Source: Adineta vaga (taxonomy: Eukaryota > Animalia > Rotifera). From it: a stretch of 64,000 bases of DNA. Of this stretch, positions 38,891 to 50,877 are shown piece by piece (position 1 is the stretch's first letter; the number at the start of each line of letters is the position of its first letter). The translations under genes were made by a program, and so were the position numbers. The stretch lies in the NCBI GenBank assembly GCA_021613535.1, contig CP075493.1, forward strand, positions 310,001 to 374,000. Reading direction: 5' to 3'. Under the pieces are notes generated by a model. The model did no database searches. It was not told the DNA's origin and worked only from the letters and a program-made list of their open reading frames with translations.

Positions 38891-39547
38891 GAGAAGATAT
38901 CACATTTTTATTTCAATAATTCAATACAATCCAAACTACTTTTAAACCCAACTTTTATCTTACAAGTATCATCGTTCTATATAGACTTCTTTTACAACTA
39001 TATATTTCATCTTCGATATCTATAATTCAACATTCCTATTGTGATCACCGTTTCAATTCTATTCTCTGTAAACTGAAACCATTTGAACAGAGTAAAATTT
39101 TCTCTTATGTTTATTAATATTCTTCGAATTCACTCCATATTCACCATTTAAAATTGTTTATTTTACATTTTATATTCTAGATACATGTACGATTCCATTT
39201 AATTTTCTACAAAGGATATTGAGTTACTTTACATCAATATTATATCTACATCTAAGTAACTCTCAACATACGAATCACTTATATTTTTATTTCAATTTTC
39301 AACTGTTCGATGTAAATGGTAGACCATTAATTATTATTCCAAAAAATAAATAGAACCATCATTCTGGTAACTGTTTATATCCTAAATGTATTTAGCTTCT
39401 GTTATATGTTATAGATATATACGATTTAATTCAGTTTCGTCTGAAAAAGATATCATATTCTTTAACGTAAACTCCGCTTCAATATTTAAAAAAAGCATGT
39501 AAAGGTCGAAGTTGTTCTTTCTTATGTTCAAACGTTTATTTTAGTAT

Positions 39548-40195
39548 ATGGATACAAATAACAGCCAGCTCGGATGTACTCCATCAGAACCATTAATTTC
39601 AAATAATGAAAACCAATCCAATATTGATCTACTGATATCTGTCGAGAATGGAACTGTAAACCGACCATTCACACAACTTACAACAACTGATAGAATTTCG
39701 AGTCGACTATCAACAATTCAAGCTCCTCAACGATACGATAGTACACTCAGACCACGACATGCACGACGAGGTAGACCATATCACTCTCGACAAGAACAGC
39801 GACGGCTTCGAATGCAGCATATCAGTAGTCAAAGATATGAACGATCTATTGAACACCAATGTCCAAATAGAGATCGATCACCGCAACACAATGGTAGCAT
39901 TCAATATCACCAGTTATTCGTCGATCGAACAAATCGAATGACTTACAGAACACATTTACCAATGATACAGGACGAAATTGAGCAAATAAATCAAACTCAA
40001 ACGTTCGAAAACGAACAACAACAACAACAAGAACAATTTCGACGTGACGATTTGGAACAAGATCAATTGAACGAACTCCGTGGAATAACTATTCCACGAG
40101 ATATAGAAATAGTAGAAAACGAAATCGAACAAATGGATCAAATTAATATGACACAAGCCATACACCAAAAAGAAGAGGAAGAAGAGCATCAATGA
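39548..40195 (+). CDS. Terminon accessory ORF with an R-rich middle and Q/E-rich coiled-coil tail
   Basis: 215 aa; splice-acceptor-like TTTTAG 3 nt before the ATG. Confidence 0.55.
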   Translation: MDTNNSQLGCTPSEPLISNNENQSNIDLLISVENGTVNRPFTQLTTTDRISSRLSTIQAPQRYDSTLRPRHARRGRPYHSRQEQRRLRMQHISSQRYERSIEHQCPNRDRSPQHNGSIQYHQLFVDRTNRMTYRTHLPMIQDEIEQINQTQTFENEQQQQQEQFRRDDLEQDQLNELRGITIPRDIEIVENEIEQMDQINMTQAIHQKEEEEEHQ

Positions 40196-40777
40196 AATAC
40201 GGAACAATTTATACAGTTGAAGTAATGGGAACATCTAATAATGTTGACTAATTAATCAAATCGACACTAGATATACGGTTTACTCCATCGTATAATTCAT
40301 CGCTAATCTCATATTTCTCATAAATATTCACTCATCCAAGATTAATCCAATCAATATCATATCAGTTTATCAATGTTCTGAAACAATATTCATCTTATTC
40401 TAATCCAATTCAATTTATAAACCATTTCAAACAAACTTTGTCAAAACACGAAAACTATATGTAACTGATAAAAAACACCACGAAAATTTTTCGAATAAAT
40501 CTTCGCTAATACTCAAAATTTTTCATCATTTTAAAATAGATTTTCGCTCAAGTAGTTTTTTTTCAAATTTGATATCACTTGCATGTAGCAATTAATATCA
40601 TCCGCAAATCGTCGTAGCTGAAATAAAACCAATTATGATACCCAAGACAGACTCGAATCCTAAAGATCAGTTTATTTTTGACTTATCTTTATCGATCAAC
40701 TTTATCCTGAATTTTGTTTTCGTTTTTTCTTCAGATTTTTTGGTCTAATCTTTTACTTTTATTGTTTTGAAAACAAC

Positions 40778-41560
40778 ATGACTAATTACTATATATTTCG
40801 CAACGGCAGTCATTCCTATGGATTTTATCGACCACTCAACTATTCCGATATATTTAACAACGATATGGACGAACATCTAGCGCAATTATATCTACATCGA
40901 ATGAAAATCAAACCACTTCGAGTGAATTGTACGGTAGCTCCATTCGCTGAAGGTTGCCCTCTTGCAAACACAACTACTTCGATGTTTAATCGAACTCAAT
41001 TGTTTACACATTCCTTATCAAATAACTATTTTACAGATCTGGCACAACAATATCGACAAACTATTATCATTAGTCTAATATTGGTTTTCATGCTTTTACT
41101 CTTACTTACCTTTATTGTACGCAGACTTCTCTCAAACAAAACCAAGTCTTTTTCACCAACATCATTATTGGATAGTAAGTTTCTTCAATTTGTTTCTTGT
41201 GTTGATGCCTATACCAAAGAATGAATGAAACTATATGCATATATACCTATATAGATGTATACACAGATATACCCATAGCAAATGATCCCAGATTTATGCA
41301 CTACATATATTGTATCTCGCAGTATTCGGATGAAATAAGCATGCTCAGCGAGCAAGAAAATAGATGGAAAGAAAAAGTAAGTAAAATCAAAATGTTTTCG
41401 TTTTTTCTTCTTACTTAAAATTACTTTATCACAATCATAGATCATCAAATCATATGATTACGATTATCTTCCATGTCATTTTGATCAATTACCGTGTCGC
41501 GGCCTTCAAGATAATTCGAATACAATATACACAAAACCTCTACTAACATCATACAATTAA
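40778..41560 (+). CDS. Terminon accessory ORF, single-TM protein (probably 3 exons)
   Basis: TM segment IIISLILVFMLLLLLTFIV followed by RR; GTAAGT donors near 41175 and 41377 splice in frame to a TAA at 41560. Confidence 0.5.
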
Positions 41561-42692
41561 ACACTTAAATGACGTTGTTCGATTTCTCTTTTGTTTTTTT
41601 TTGTAAATGCCTAAAAATTCATAGTGTTTAGTTGTAGAAAGTACCATTCTAACAATTTACTAATATGAAACTTTTCTCTTTCAGATATTTCAAACATATT
41701 TATATCTTCATCTATACATTATTAACATATGGCATATGGCATATTATCAAAAACCAGGATGAAATCAACTATTAAAAGTAATCTTTAAGGGAAGAGAATC
41801 ACTAGGTGAATTAGCCAACGAATTAGAAATAAAAAAACAACTATTTCTTGTTCAAATCGATCGCATCTCGTTTTCATTACAATGATGAATGAAAATATCG
41901 ATGATATCATCGAATCGTATAATAACGATTCAAAAGAAACACCGGCTGACTATACTCTTAATAATAGTAACAATAATCTCGTTATAAGTCTGGTATTATT
42001 TATCAACATTCAATAAAACGAATTATTTAATCTATTTTGCTCATGATAATATGATCATTCTAGATACTGGTCACTGTTATAATAATACCCTTTACGGAAC
42101 AAATATTGGATCATCATTAATCCAAATAATCAAATTACCGTAATATTTTTGATTGATTGCGTTAATAAAAGCAAGTTTATGAAATTTTTCAAACAAAAAC
42201 TACATTGTGTAAACGGTGATTATGTAGTTGGTGAATAACTTCGAAATATAGATCTAATTCAAACAGCACCCAAAATCAGATCAAAGAATTGGCATACCTA
42301 AACAAATGTAAAAGGTGAAAGTTTCCGTAACACATATACCCGCCTCTATATAAACGGACGAATGTAATACAATCATCTCAGAAAATGCCAACCAACGTCA
42401 CAGCATCACAACCCATTCCAATAAATATACCATGTTATTCATAATTCCAAATCAATACCACATAATTCCACTTAATGAATCTTTCACCCACAAAAACGTT
42501 CACCTTTCTCCTTCTGAAACTTATACGATTTCCTCACTTGAATCCTCATTACAACAAAACAACAAAACCTTGTTCTCATTAGTAATACTTTCAAGTGTAC
42601 ACCACTATGTTAACTTCATAAATTTTCATAAATTATGCGGTATCGTCAAATGTAGCCTATTCTTGTGATTATCGAATAATAAACAAACTCAT

Positions 42693-42737
42693 ATCATCTG
42701 AAGAATCTTCTTAGCTGAAGATGAAACCGGTCATGGC
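42693..42737 (+). ncRNA. Hammerhead ribozyme (3' repeat X1)
   Basis: CAT-CTGAAGA-ATCTTC(TTAGCT)GAAGAT-GAAA-CCGG-TC-ATG, followed by ACACACCCC. Confidence 0.82.
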
Positions 42738-42852
42738 GGCTGTTTACACACCCCTTACTTGAATTTTACTTCTGAAATTTAGTTGAAAAAACTATTTTTA
42801 AATTGTCTGAAATATTCTCGAATTGATTCTCAGAATCAAACAAGAGATCTAA

Positions 42853-42897
42853 GCCATCTGAAGAATCTTCTTAGCTGAAGATGAAACCGGTCATGGC
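42853..42897 (+). ncRNA. Hammerhead ribozyme (3' repeat X2)
   Basis: GCCAT-CTGAAGA-ATCTTC(TTAGCT)GAAGAT-GAAA-CCGG-TC-ATGGC; palindromic stem III and GUC cleavage triplet. Confidence 0.9.
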
Positions 42898-43005
42898 GGC
42901 TGTTTACACACCCTCTTTGGATTGAAATTATCATTTCGAATTTCTTCGGAAGTTTGAAACAGATTTAATTGATTATTTGTGATTTTCTAATCATAGAATA
43001 ATTCT

Positions 43006-43052
43006 TACCATCTGATGAATCCTTTAGCCGGGATGAAATCTAGATTATGGTA
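43006..43052 (+). ncRNA. Hammerhead ribozyme (3' repeat Y)
   Basis: TACCAT-CTGATGA-ATCC(TTTAGCCG)GGAT-GAAA-TCTAGA-TT-ATGGTA. Confidence 0.9.
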
Positions 43053-43058
43053 GCTACG

Positions 43059-43077
43059 CACACCCATACCCACACCC
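43059..43077 (+). repeat. Telomeric tract joining the two Athena units
   Basis: CACACCCATACCCACACCC directly abutting the truncated ORF of the next element. Confidence 0.8.
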
Positions 43078-43407
43078 TTTTGACCATCTTGATCATTCTT
43101 TTGATAATATTGAACAAAAGTTAAAACAACCAGCACTCAATGAAGATAAACGTACGACATTATCATATCGTCGATTAAAAACAATTGAACAATTTAAATA
43201 CGACTTAATGGTATTAGATATTACTACGGCTGAAGAAATAGTTCGAAGTCATCTAAATATCATTGTTGATCAAAAGAAGAAATTAATTGATACTGCTGGT
43301 GGACAAGTACCTATTCCTAAGTCTTTAGTTCAAATAATGAATGTTATTGCAGCACGTCAAACTAATATGGTACAACGTAATGAAATTATTCGCAAACAAA
43401 AACTATC

Positions 43408-45492
43408 GGTTTTCGACGACGCTCCGATGGCAATAAATGTGACTGGTGTCATCGGAGCAATGTAATAGATAATATCAGTCATATTCTTCCATCTTCATCT
43501 ATTATAGAAGTCAATAGTAATCTGTCATCAAATCAATTATCTTTTCTTACAAATGGACCTAAATATGTACCACCATGTCAAAATCGTTTTTCAAGTCGAT
43601 TTATTGATAAAACTATTACTCAAGAACATAATAATATTATTAAATATTTTCAAAAGGGTTTTAATGCTAATTGTATTTCATCTTCTGATCAACGCGCAAA
43701 AGATTTTTTTCAGATATAAAAACTCTTCTTCACCGATTGTATACAACACCATTACCTCCCAAATTATATGCTCGTGCTCAATATGAATATCGTACTATTA
43801 AACATATTCGACGTCGAATTAAAACAGCCAATGTTATTATACGACCAACTGATAAAAGCAAAGTATTTCATTTAGATAGTGCTCATAATTATCATGAAAA
43901 AGCACTACAATACATGCAAGAAACGAACGCTTATAGAGAAATAACCAGTGGTATTAATCCATGTCATGAACATATACAAACAGTTTTAACATTACTTGAT
44001 CCAATGTTGAGAAATGGTGATATTAATTTGAAATTATGGAAACAAAATATGCGACCAAGTCCAAACACAACTGAATTAGCTCATCTATATTTTATACCAA
44101 AGCCACATAAAGTAAATCATAAATATATATGAATCAATTAAATATCTTTGATTTGTTTGTCTTTTCCTCTATAGATTGGAACACCTCTAAGACCCATTGT
44201 TTCATCAATCAAAGCAGCAACAACTGGTGTGTCACACTTTCTCGATCTTCGACTACGTCCAATATTCGATGAAGTAGCCAAAGAAACAACATTCACTAAT
44301 AATATTCATTTTGTTCGAGAATTGGAGAAATATCGAGATAATGGTCGTTTTTTACCAACAACATTATTTGTTACCGCTGATGTGGCTAATCTATATACAA
44401 TGATACCTCGAGATGGAGCAATATTTACTTTACAAAAATTCTTAGAAAAATATATTAAAAATCGTCGAATCGATGGAATGACAATTAACACTATCACAAA
44501 ATTGGCTCGCTTAGTTTTAAATACGAATTGTTTTGTATTCGAAGATAAATATTATCTACAAATTCGTGGTGGAGCTATGGGATTACCATTTACAATGACA
44601 TTAGCAAATATCTATATGTTCGAATGGGAACAATCACTGATTGAATATCAAAAAGCGCACAATGAAATCTATGGCCGGTAAGTTGTACAAAAAAAAGACT
44701 TCTGATTTATTTTGTGTACTTTTGTTTTTCATTTTTCCACTTAGATATATCGATGATATCTTTATGACAACGAATTCATTACGTGATCTCAATATTCCAT
44801 TAAATAAAATACAGAAAAAAGATGAAAATATTCGAATTAGTTTATCAACTGGTTCAACAATGGAATTTCTTGATGTATTAGTTGAAAATAATAATGGACA
44901 ATTAAGAACATCAGTTTACCATAAACCATCAGCTGAACCATATATTGTACCATTTTTATCAGATCATCCACGTCATGTTCATCGTAGTACAATCAAAGGA
45001 CAACTAATTCGTGCTGCACGTCTCTGTTCTCATGTTGAAGATTTTGATAAAGAAAGATTGAATATTGAATTCACTTTACTCTTAAATGCTTATCCACCAG
45101 CTTTTATTTCCCATCATCTAAAAAAATTCTTTGAAGAAAATAATATTCCATTCTTGATGGATGAGTTAAATCAAGTCTTATATCAAAATCTACATAAGCA
45201 ATTATTAAATACACCAACACGAAAAGAAAATCAACAGCAAAAAAAAGCATCAAATATTAATCAATATCAAACTACAAATAAAAAAGAACTTCGTGTATAT
45301 TATACTTTTGAAAATGGTCCAATGTCAAATTTCAGCGATGAATTACAAACTCTATGAGAAAAGCATTATAAATCTACTCATCCAATTATGAATAATATTC
45401 ATTTGAAGATTGGTACAAAATCTAATAGAAATTTATCTCAATTATTGGTTCACAAAAAACCGCCAAAAGCAATGTTAATAAATGTTCAATAG
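43408..45492 (+). pseudogene. Athena RT, entered by -1 frameshift from the coiled-coil ORF; degenerate
   Basis: NGPKYVPPCQ, IIRPTDKS, LYFIPKPHK|IGTPLRPI, TADVANLYT, QIRGGAMG, YGR|YIDDIF, EFLD, SDHPRH. Lesions: 1-nt loss near 43705 and TGA at 45355. Confidence 0.88.
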
Positions 45493-46064
45493 AATGATGC
45501 AACAACCTTACAGGAACAACTCTATTATGTCATTTATTCAGTACTATTATATACACATACCCTTCGTAAAAGTATAAAAAATCAGACATTTATATTCAAT
45601 ACATTCTATATATTCTATATAGATGTGTTACACATGCCGGCTTTCTTCTTTTCCATTTTTTGTCTATTGTTCGTTTTGTTTTCTTCTATAACCTATTTGT
45701 TGCCATATCTAAATTATCATTTTTAATCTAGAGAAATAACCGCTTGTTTCTAGTTCTAGATGTATAATAACACTATCAAGGTTCACTCAATCATCCTATT
45801 ATTCAAAAAATCACAAACTACAAAAACTGAATGTGAGCATTTCATTATTCAAGAATATATTTCCCCTAATCTTATATGCTTCTTCTAACACAAGCATTAA
45901 TAACATTCAACCGACTAAAACAGAACCACATCCTTTGCCGATGATCAACTAAAACCAATGCAATACTTAATCAACTATTAACTATCGTATCTAATACTAC
46001 AACTACCACAATCTTAAATTCCTCATCATTCAAAACATTCATCACAACTTTATGCAGTGATTTC

Positions 46065-46114
46065 TTCTACCTGATGATTGACCCTTGAAAAAGGTCGAAA
46101 TCTAGATTGTAGGA
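46065..46114 (+). ncRNA. Hammerhead ribozyme at the 3' end of Athena-2
   Basis: TTCTAC-CTGATGA-TT-GACC(CTTGAAAAA)GGTC-GAAA-TCTAGA-TT-GTAGGA. Confidence 0.82.
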
Positions 46115-46129
46115 TTTCATTTATATAAT

Positions 46130-46145
46130 CACACCCTCACCCTCA
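46130..46145 (+). repeat. Telomeric tract at the right boundary of the retroelement block
   Basis: CACACCCTCACCCTCA. Confidence 0.75.
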
Positions 46146-46553
46146 AAAACGGTTACAACAAAAGACTTTTACCGATCTTGCGTGATCAATAATCGAAGGC
46201 AAAGGATGATGTCAGATATTTATTGGAGAAAGACTGTGGACGAAAAACTAGGAGACTGGGCTGATGAAAAGACAGTGGAAACGAGGAATATATCGGTCAT
46301 GAGAAAGCACAATACGAGACAAAGTGAGAGTAGAAGAGACAATTAAGCACTAGAAAAGATGGACAAAAATGGATACTCGGCGGGAAAAGAAAGAGAAGAG
46401 GAAAAAGAAAAAAACCACTGCGCAATGGAAAATGATGAAGTGGATCCATTGATACGTGTTGCATTGTGATGGAATAAAAAGAGAAAAGAAAAAGAACGTC
46501 TAGCTGACAATAAGAGTTCGCAACAACAGCTGTAACATTATTGACACTAACAA

Positions 46554-47403
46554 TTACGTCTCCTTGTCCCTCCAATACGCCACTTGTACATCAAATCTTG
46601 CATATGGTAACAGTTTCTCTTTTTCAGTGTCGCTGAGAGCATGAAATCCACGAACTTTTCCACGACACGATGGCGCGCGACAGTGACAGGTTGGAATAAA
46701 ATCATCTTAAATGAACGAAAGACAGATCAAAATGTTATCGGAAAAAAAGTATATTTTACCTCCAATCTTATATGCTGCTAAACAAATATCATTTGTAATT
46801 TCATCACCGGGATGTAAATCTCGCAATGCAATGAGAGATATAACTTGCCCTTCTTTTAGGTCTTGAGCGTTGTATAAACAGCTTGGATCACAACTGAGAT
46901 TCAAGAGTGCGGGATATGTTGACAGATAATATATATCCTTTGCACAAGGAGCTAAATGGGAAAGGACGCCCATTGGCACTACTGTACCTGTAAGTAACAA
47001 GAAGTAGTGAAAAGATCATCTTTGAACATGATCACCTAAAAATGATGTCGAAAGATATTTTACCTTCTGGTTCAACGATTAACTTAAACGTGGCATCCGT
47101 CCCACGTACATAACCCATAAACGGTACAACATAAACAACTGAATGTTTTGGGAAAATTTTTGAAGCATACAATCCCCAATTTGCTTTACCATCTGAAGTT
47201 GGATGATTTTCTACTTTGAGACCATCTGGTAAGGTACAATGGATTTCTGTTGGACACTCAATGACATCGGAAAATTCATTGTTGTCGTGTTCAGAAATAT
47301 CTTTGTCATGAGACTTTGACGCAACTTCTTTCGCTGATGGCTTATGCGAAGGAGGTGGGTATGAAAATATACTTCGTTCGTCCAAATGAGGCGGTGTCGT
47401 CAT
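46554..47403 (-). CDS. Small SET + post-SET domain protein (exons 47403-47064, 46987-46760, 46705-46554)
   Basis: WGLYASK (GxG motif region), LLNLSCDP, ALRDLHPGDEITNDI, post-SET CHCRAPSCRG; two in-frame GT-AG introns. Confidence 0.82.
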
Positions 47404-49369
47404 CTCGAAATCTAATCTAAAAAAAATTCCGACAGTATGGTTAGTTTTGAATGTGAAATACAAAGATAATCCTTTGATTTCAGTTCAAGTAGGGCTTGTC
47501 AAACTGCCATAGTTTTCGTAGACTACCAGCCAAATGTACAAAAACGAGCAGACCAATATTCTTTAACATCCTGTGATGAGCTATACAAGTAGTGCGCTCC
47601 GCGAGTTAGACGGAAATCTCTGCTGATAAATTCATTCTCCATAGAGAAAGCTCTCGTCATTGTTCCTCATTCTGTCAAAAGGAAAACAATAGAAGAAAAT
47701 ATCTGGAAGTCTGAGCTGTTCCTTTAGAGATTACCATTGCAGGATAGAGGCAGGAGTCAACATTCTTTTTTCATTCAAAGATGCATGAAAAATCGCTTTT
47801 CAAACACTTCTTCATCAAAAAGTCGACTTTTTCGTGCAAAAACTAGTGCGAATCCTAGTTTTCCGCAGAAATATGGGGCAAAACTGTGCTTTTCAAGAGC
47901 AGAACCTCGTGAAAGTTCAACTTTCTCGTGCCATTTTTAATCACTACTCCACGTTTTGAGAAAGGTTTGGCAAAAGCGCGACTTTGATACATAAATTATA
48001 TTAAAAAAAATAACTTCCTTGCCTAAAATTTAGTGAAAATCGTACGCTGTACCACAAAAAATTAGTACAAATCTAACATTGCTGAGCAAAGCTGGCTAAA
48101 ACAGGACTTTTTCGTGCAGTTTTTAACAGAAACTCGGCTTTCTTGTAAAAAAACTTGAAAGAATTCAAAGTTTAGGCGATTTTCGACAGCACATCGAAGG
48201 AATGCTAGAGAAAACTGTCGCTCATTAAAAGCTTACTGCCACTTCGCCGGCATTTGCTCACTAAAAACGTCTCGCTTCTAGATTAAATTCGAACAGTAAC
48301 CAACCGCCCTCGGTCATCCTTCCAATTTTCAACTCCAATTACATTTTCACCAACATTTTTCGGTTAATGGACGAAAGATCATTCCACACCCTTTTACGCT
48401 CTGGTTAGCCCTCGTTACAGTCAACAATGAGCATACAATAGTGGCAAATTTTCATTTTGAGCAAAGAATAAAACACAATGGAGAACGAATCGGACAAAAT
48501 TACGTTTTTTTCGTGGAGTAATCTGTGTTGTATTTAGCGAACTGACGAGAAGAACAACGCGAAACGCAGAATATAAAGATAACAAAAAAAAGTGAAGGTA
48601 CGACAATAAACGATCATCATGCTTATGCATGCGATAGGAACAGAGACACACGTAGAACAAGAAGTGACAATGTAAAATAAGCGAAAGAAATATCAGTATT
48701 GCCTGAGTTTAGTCAAGTGAATCGAAAAGGGAGAGGTGTAAGAAAATCGAAAGCACAAAACCAAGCTCTTGTAGAGAACGAACAGCTTGTACAGAGCACA
48801 ACCATTCGTTATGCCCAACCCATTATTTTTTACATCTTTTTTCAAATATATCTAAAACTGTTTTTGGGCCTAGCCCAATGCGGTTTGTAAAGAATTTCAA
48901 GAGGTATCTTTTAATAAAAAAGTTGTTTTAATCAAATAAATAATAGAGGAGAAAATTCAAAAATACTGAGAAGGAGGTTCTTTATGGCCTACCCGTTACT
49001 TATAAATATGATGAGGTGTCGCTGTACATTTAACACATCGATATTGATATTTGGATATATGATACACACATTCACCTAATGTTTATCATCTAGAGATATT
49101 TTCTGTAAAAATATATGAATGATGACTAATAAAATAGTTCTATATTGTTTATAATTGTTAGTTTTAATTATTGATAATATAGCACCATAATCATATAGAA
49201 TAGTGCTTAATATAGGGGAATCGAAAGACTAATTTCGTCAAAGCATTTATTGGTGTATAGAATATAACAAACACCTCTGTTGTTTTTCATCATTGGATAA
49301 TACATCAACTATCTATTACATTTAAAATCATTTTTCAAACGTATATCTATTTTCAACTAAATCTCAATC

Positions 49370-50877
49370 GATTAATTAATAGCTAGTGAAAAATGGCGTA
49401 AGTTTTTTGACTTCTTATCTCTCGATAAAAATCGAGTTAATGGTTTATGCAACTTATGCCACAATAATTACGAAGATCAACGTGATATTTATAGTAATTT
49501 TATCGAACATTTAAAGCGAATTCATGCACATGAATATGAACAAATCGCTTCTTCTAGTGCTGAATATTTAAGTGAAGAACCAAATGTTGTTGATGATGAT
49601 CAAGCAGCTGTTTATTTAACAAATATTAAATACAAAAAAACTCAATTCATTTGCTCCATTACAAAAAATCTAATCATCAAATGTGGACTACTATTAAATT
49701 TTGTCGAACATGCTGCTTTTCGTGATTTTTTAAAAGAATGTAATTTAAAATTTGAACCTGTATCAGCAAGAAAGTTGAAATTTGTTGTTATTCCTTTATT
49801 TGCAAAAAATAGTCTTGAAACAATTTTCATGAGGCATCAGATGATACAAATAATTTAACATTAACGAGTGATGGGTGGTCTGACCGCCGATGTCGTTCTA
49901 ATTTAGGTGTCACATGCAATTTTATTAACACATTCAACCCGATTCAGTTTTCTTCAAAATGTTGAGTCTATTCGAGAGTCTACTTATAAGAAATGCACCT
50001 GTTTGCTATTGCCTTATTTTCTACCGGTTATTTTCGTCTTGTTCTTCCCATCATCACACTGTGAGTCATGGTTTTATGGTCAAAGGACAAATTCCTTAGG
50101 TCATTCTTTCGTTCTTTGAAATTCATACATAGTGCACGTAGAGAGAAAAATTCTGAAGTTTTCTCCTTTATCTTGTCCCTCTGTTTCTTCATATATATAT
50201 AAAAGCAACCAGAACCCTGCTCTCGTTCACATGTTGGTCGAGGAATCTGAAACACAAGAGAGCACTAGCTCACTTATCGAAGCGAGCTCGTTGGATAATG
50301 ATTTCGATACAATGGGTCTGGAGTCTGAAGATTCTGATGTAGAAGATGCCGATGACGAATTAGATTCGTCACTGTGGAGTGAAATACAACCAGAATCCGA
50401 CGCAGAATTCATAAAAGATTATGGACTCGCCCAAAAAGTAACTTCTGCATCAAGCGATGATACAGTTTCACCCATCGATTGCTATTTTTATTTCACCAGA
50501 GACGAAATTAATCGATACGCGGAGCAATACTCGCAAACACCTGATATTAGCAGACGATCAACTTTTTGTTCAGATTGCGATGAGTTCTTTCGTCTTGAAT
50601 GTTTTGATGAGAAGCATCGTACTCTTCCATAAAACGATTAGAAATATTAATGGCAGAATTGTTGCCATTTAATATGTGGCTCTGACTAAGAAAAAAATAG
50701 AAAAAAGTCTTTTACTATTGAGTTTCTTGTTAAAACAATGTGGGACCGACCGGTGAGCCCCATCGGGTCAAATGTGTTAATGATAAAACTATGCCAAAAG
50801 CTTAACTTATTGATTTTTTACAATTTAAATCTTCCCATAATACTGAAAATATTCAACATCTAACCGAAGATATTCTC
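49370..50877 (+). pseudogene. hAT transposase remnant (BED finger + first catalytic Asp) interrupted by piggyBac
   Basis: W..FF...CNLC...SNFIEHLKRIH and LTSDGWSDRRCRS.LGVT. The frame resumes after 50776 as NDKTMPKA*LIDFLQFKSSHNTENI. Confidence 0.75.
49929..50776 (+). mobile_element. Internally deleted piggyBac element
   Basis: TTAA|CACATTCAACCCGAT ... ATCGGGTCAAATGTG|TTAA. The ORF fuses the acidic N-terminus (…SPIDCY…NRYAEQY) to the C-terminal Cys-rich tail (FCSDCD…CFDEKH). Confidence 0.85.

Larger units (their letters stand above)
24041..43058 (+). mobile_element. Putative Terminon (giant multi-ORF Athena retroelement), ~19 kb, telomere-capped at 5' and hammerhead-ended at 3'
   Basis: Co-oriented intron-containing coiled-coil, RT and accessory ORFs; three 3' hammerheads; C-rich telomeric tracts at both ends. 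Inclusion of 24041-31000 is inferred from the absence of an internal telomeric cap and the uniformly very AT-rich composition. Confidence 0.7.
43078..46129 (+). mobile_element. Second, 5'-truncated Athena element (different family)
   Basis: Truncated coiled-coil ORF ending at 43465, RT, 3' UTR, hammerhead, then telomeric repeats. Confidence 0.88.

Noticed and set aside
42693-43065. Repeat-spacer pattern resembling a CRISPR array
   Set aside because: The repeats are hammerhead ribozymes of a retroelement; eukaryotic context and no cas genes.
43083-43092. ACCATCTTGA next to a telomeric tract
   Set aside because: Wrong orientation relative to the tract and it lies in Athena coding sequence (DHLD); treated as coincidence.
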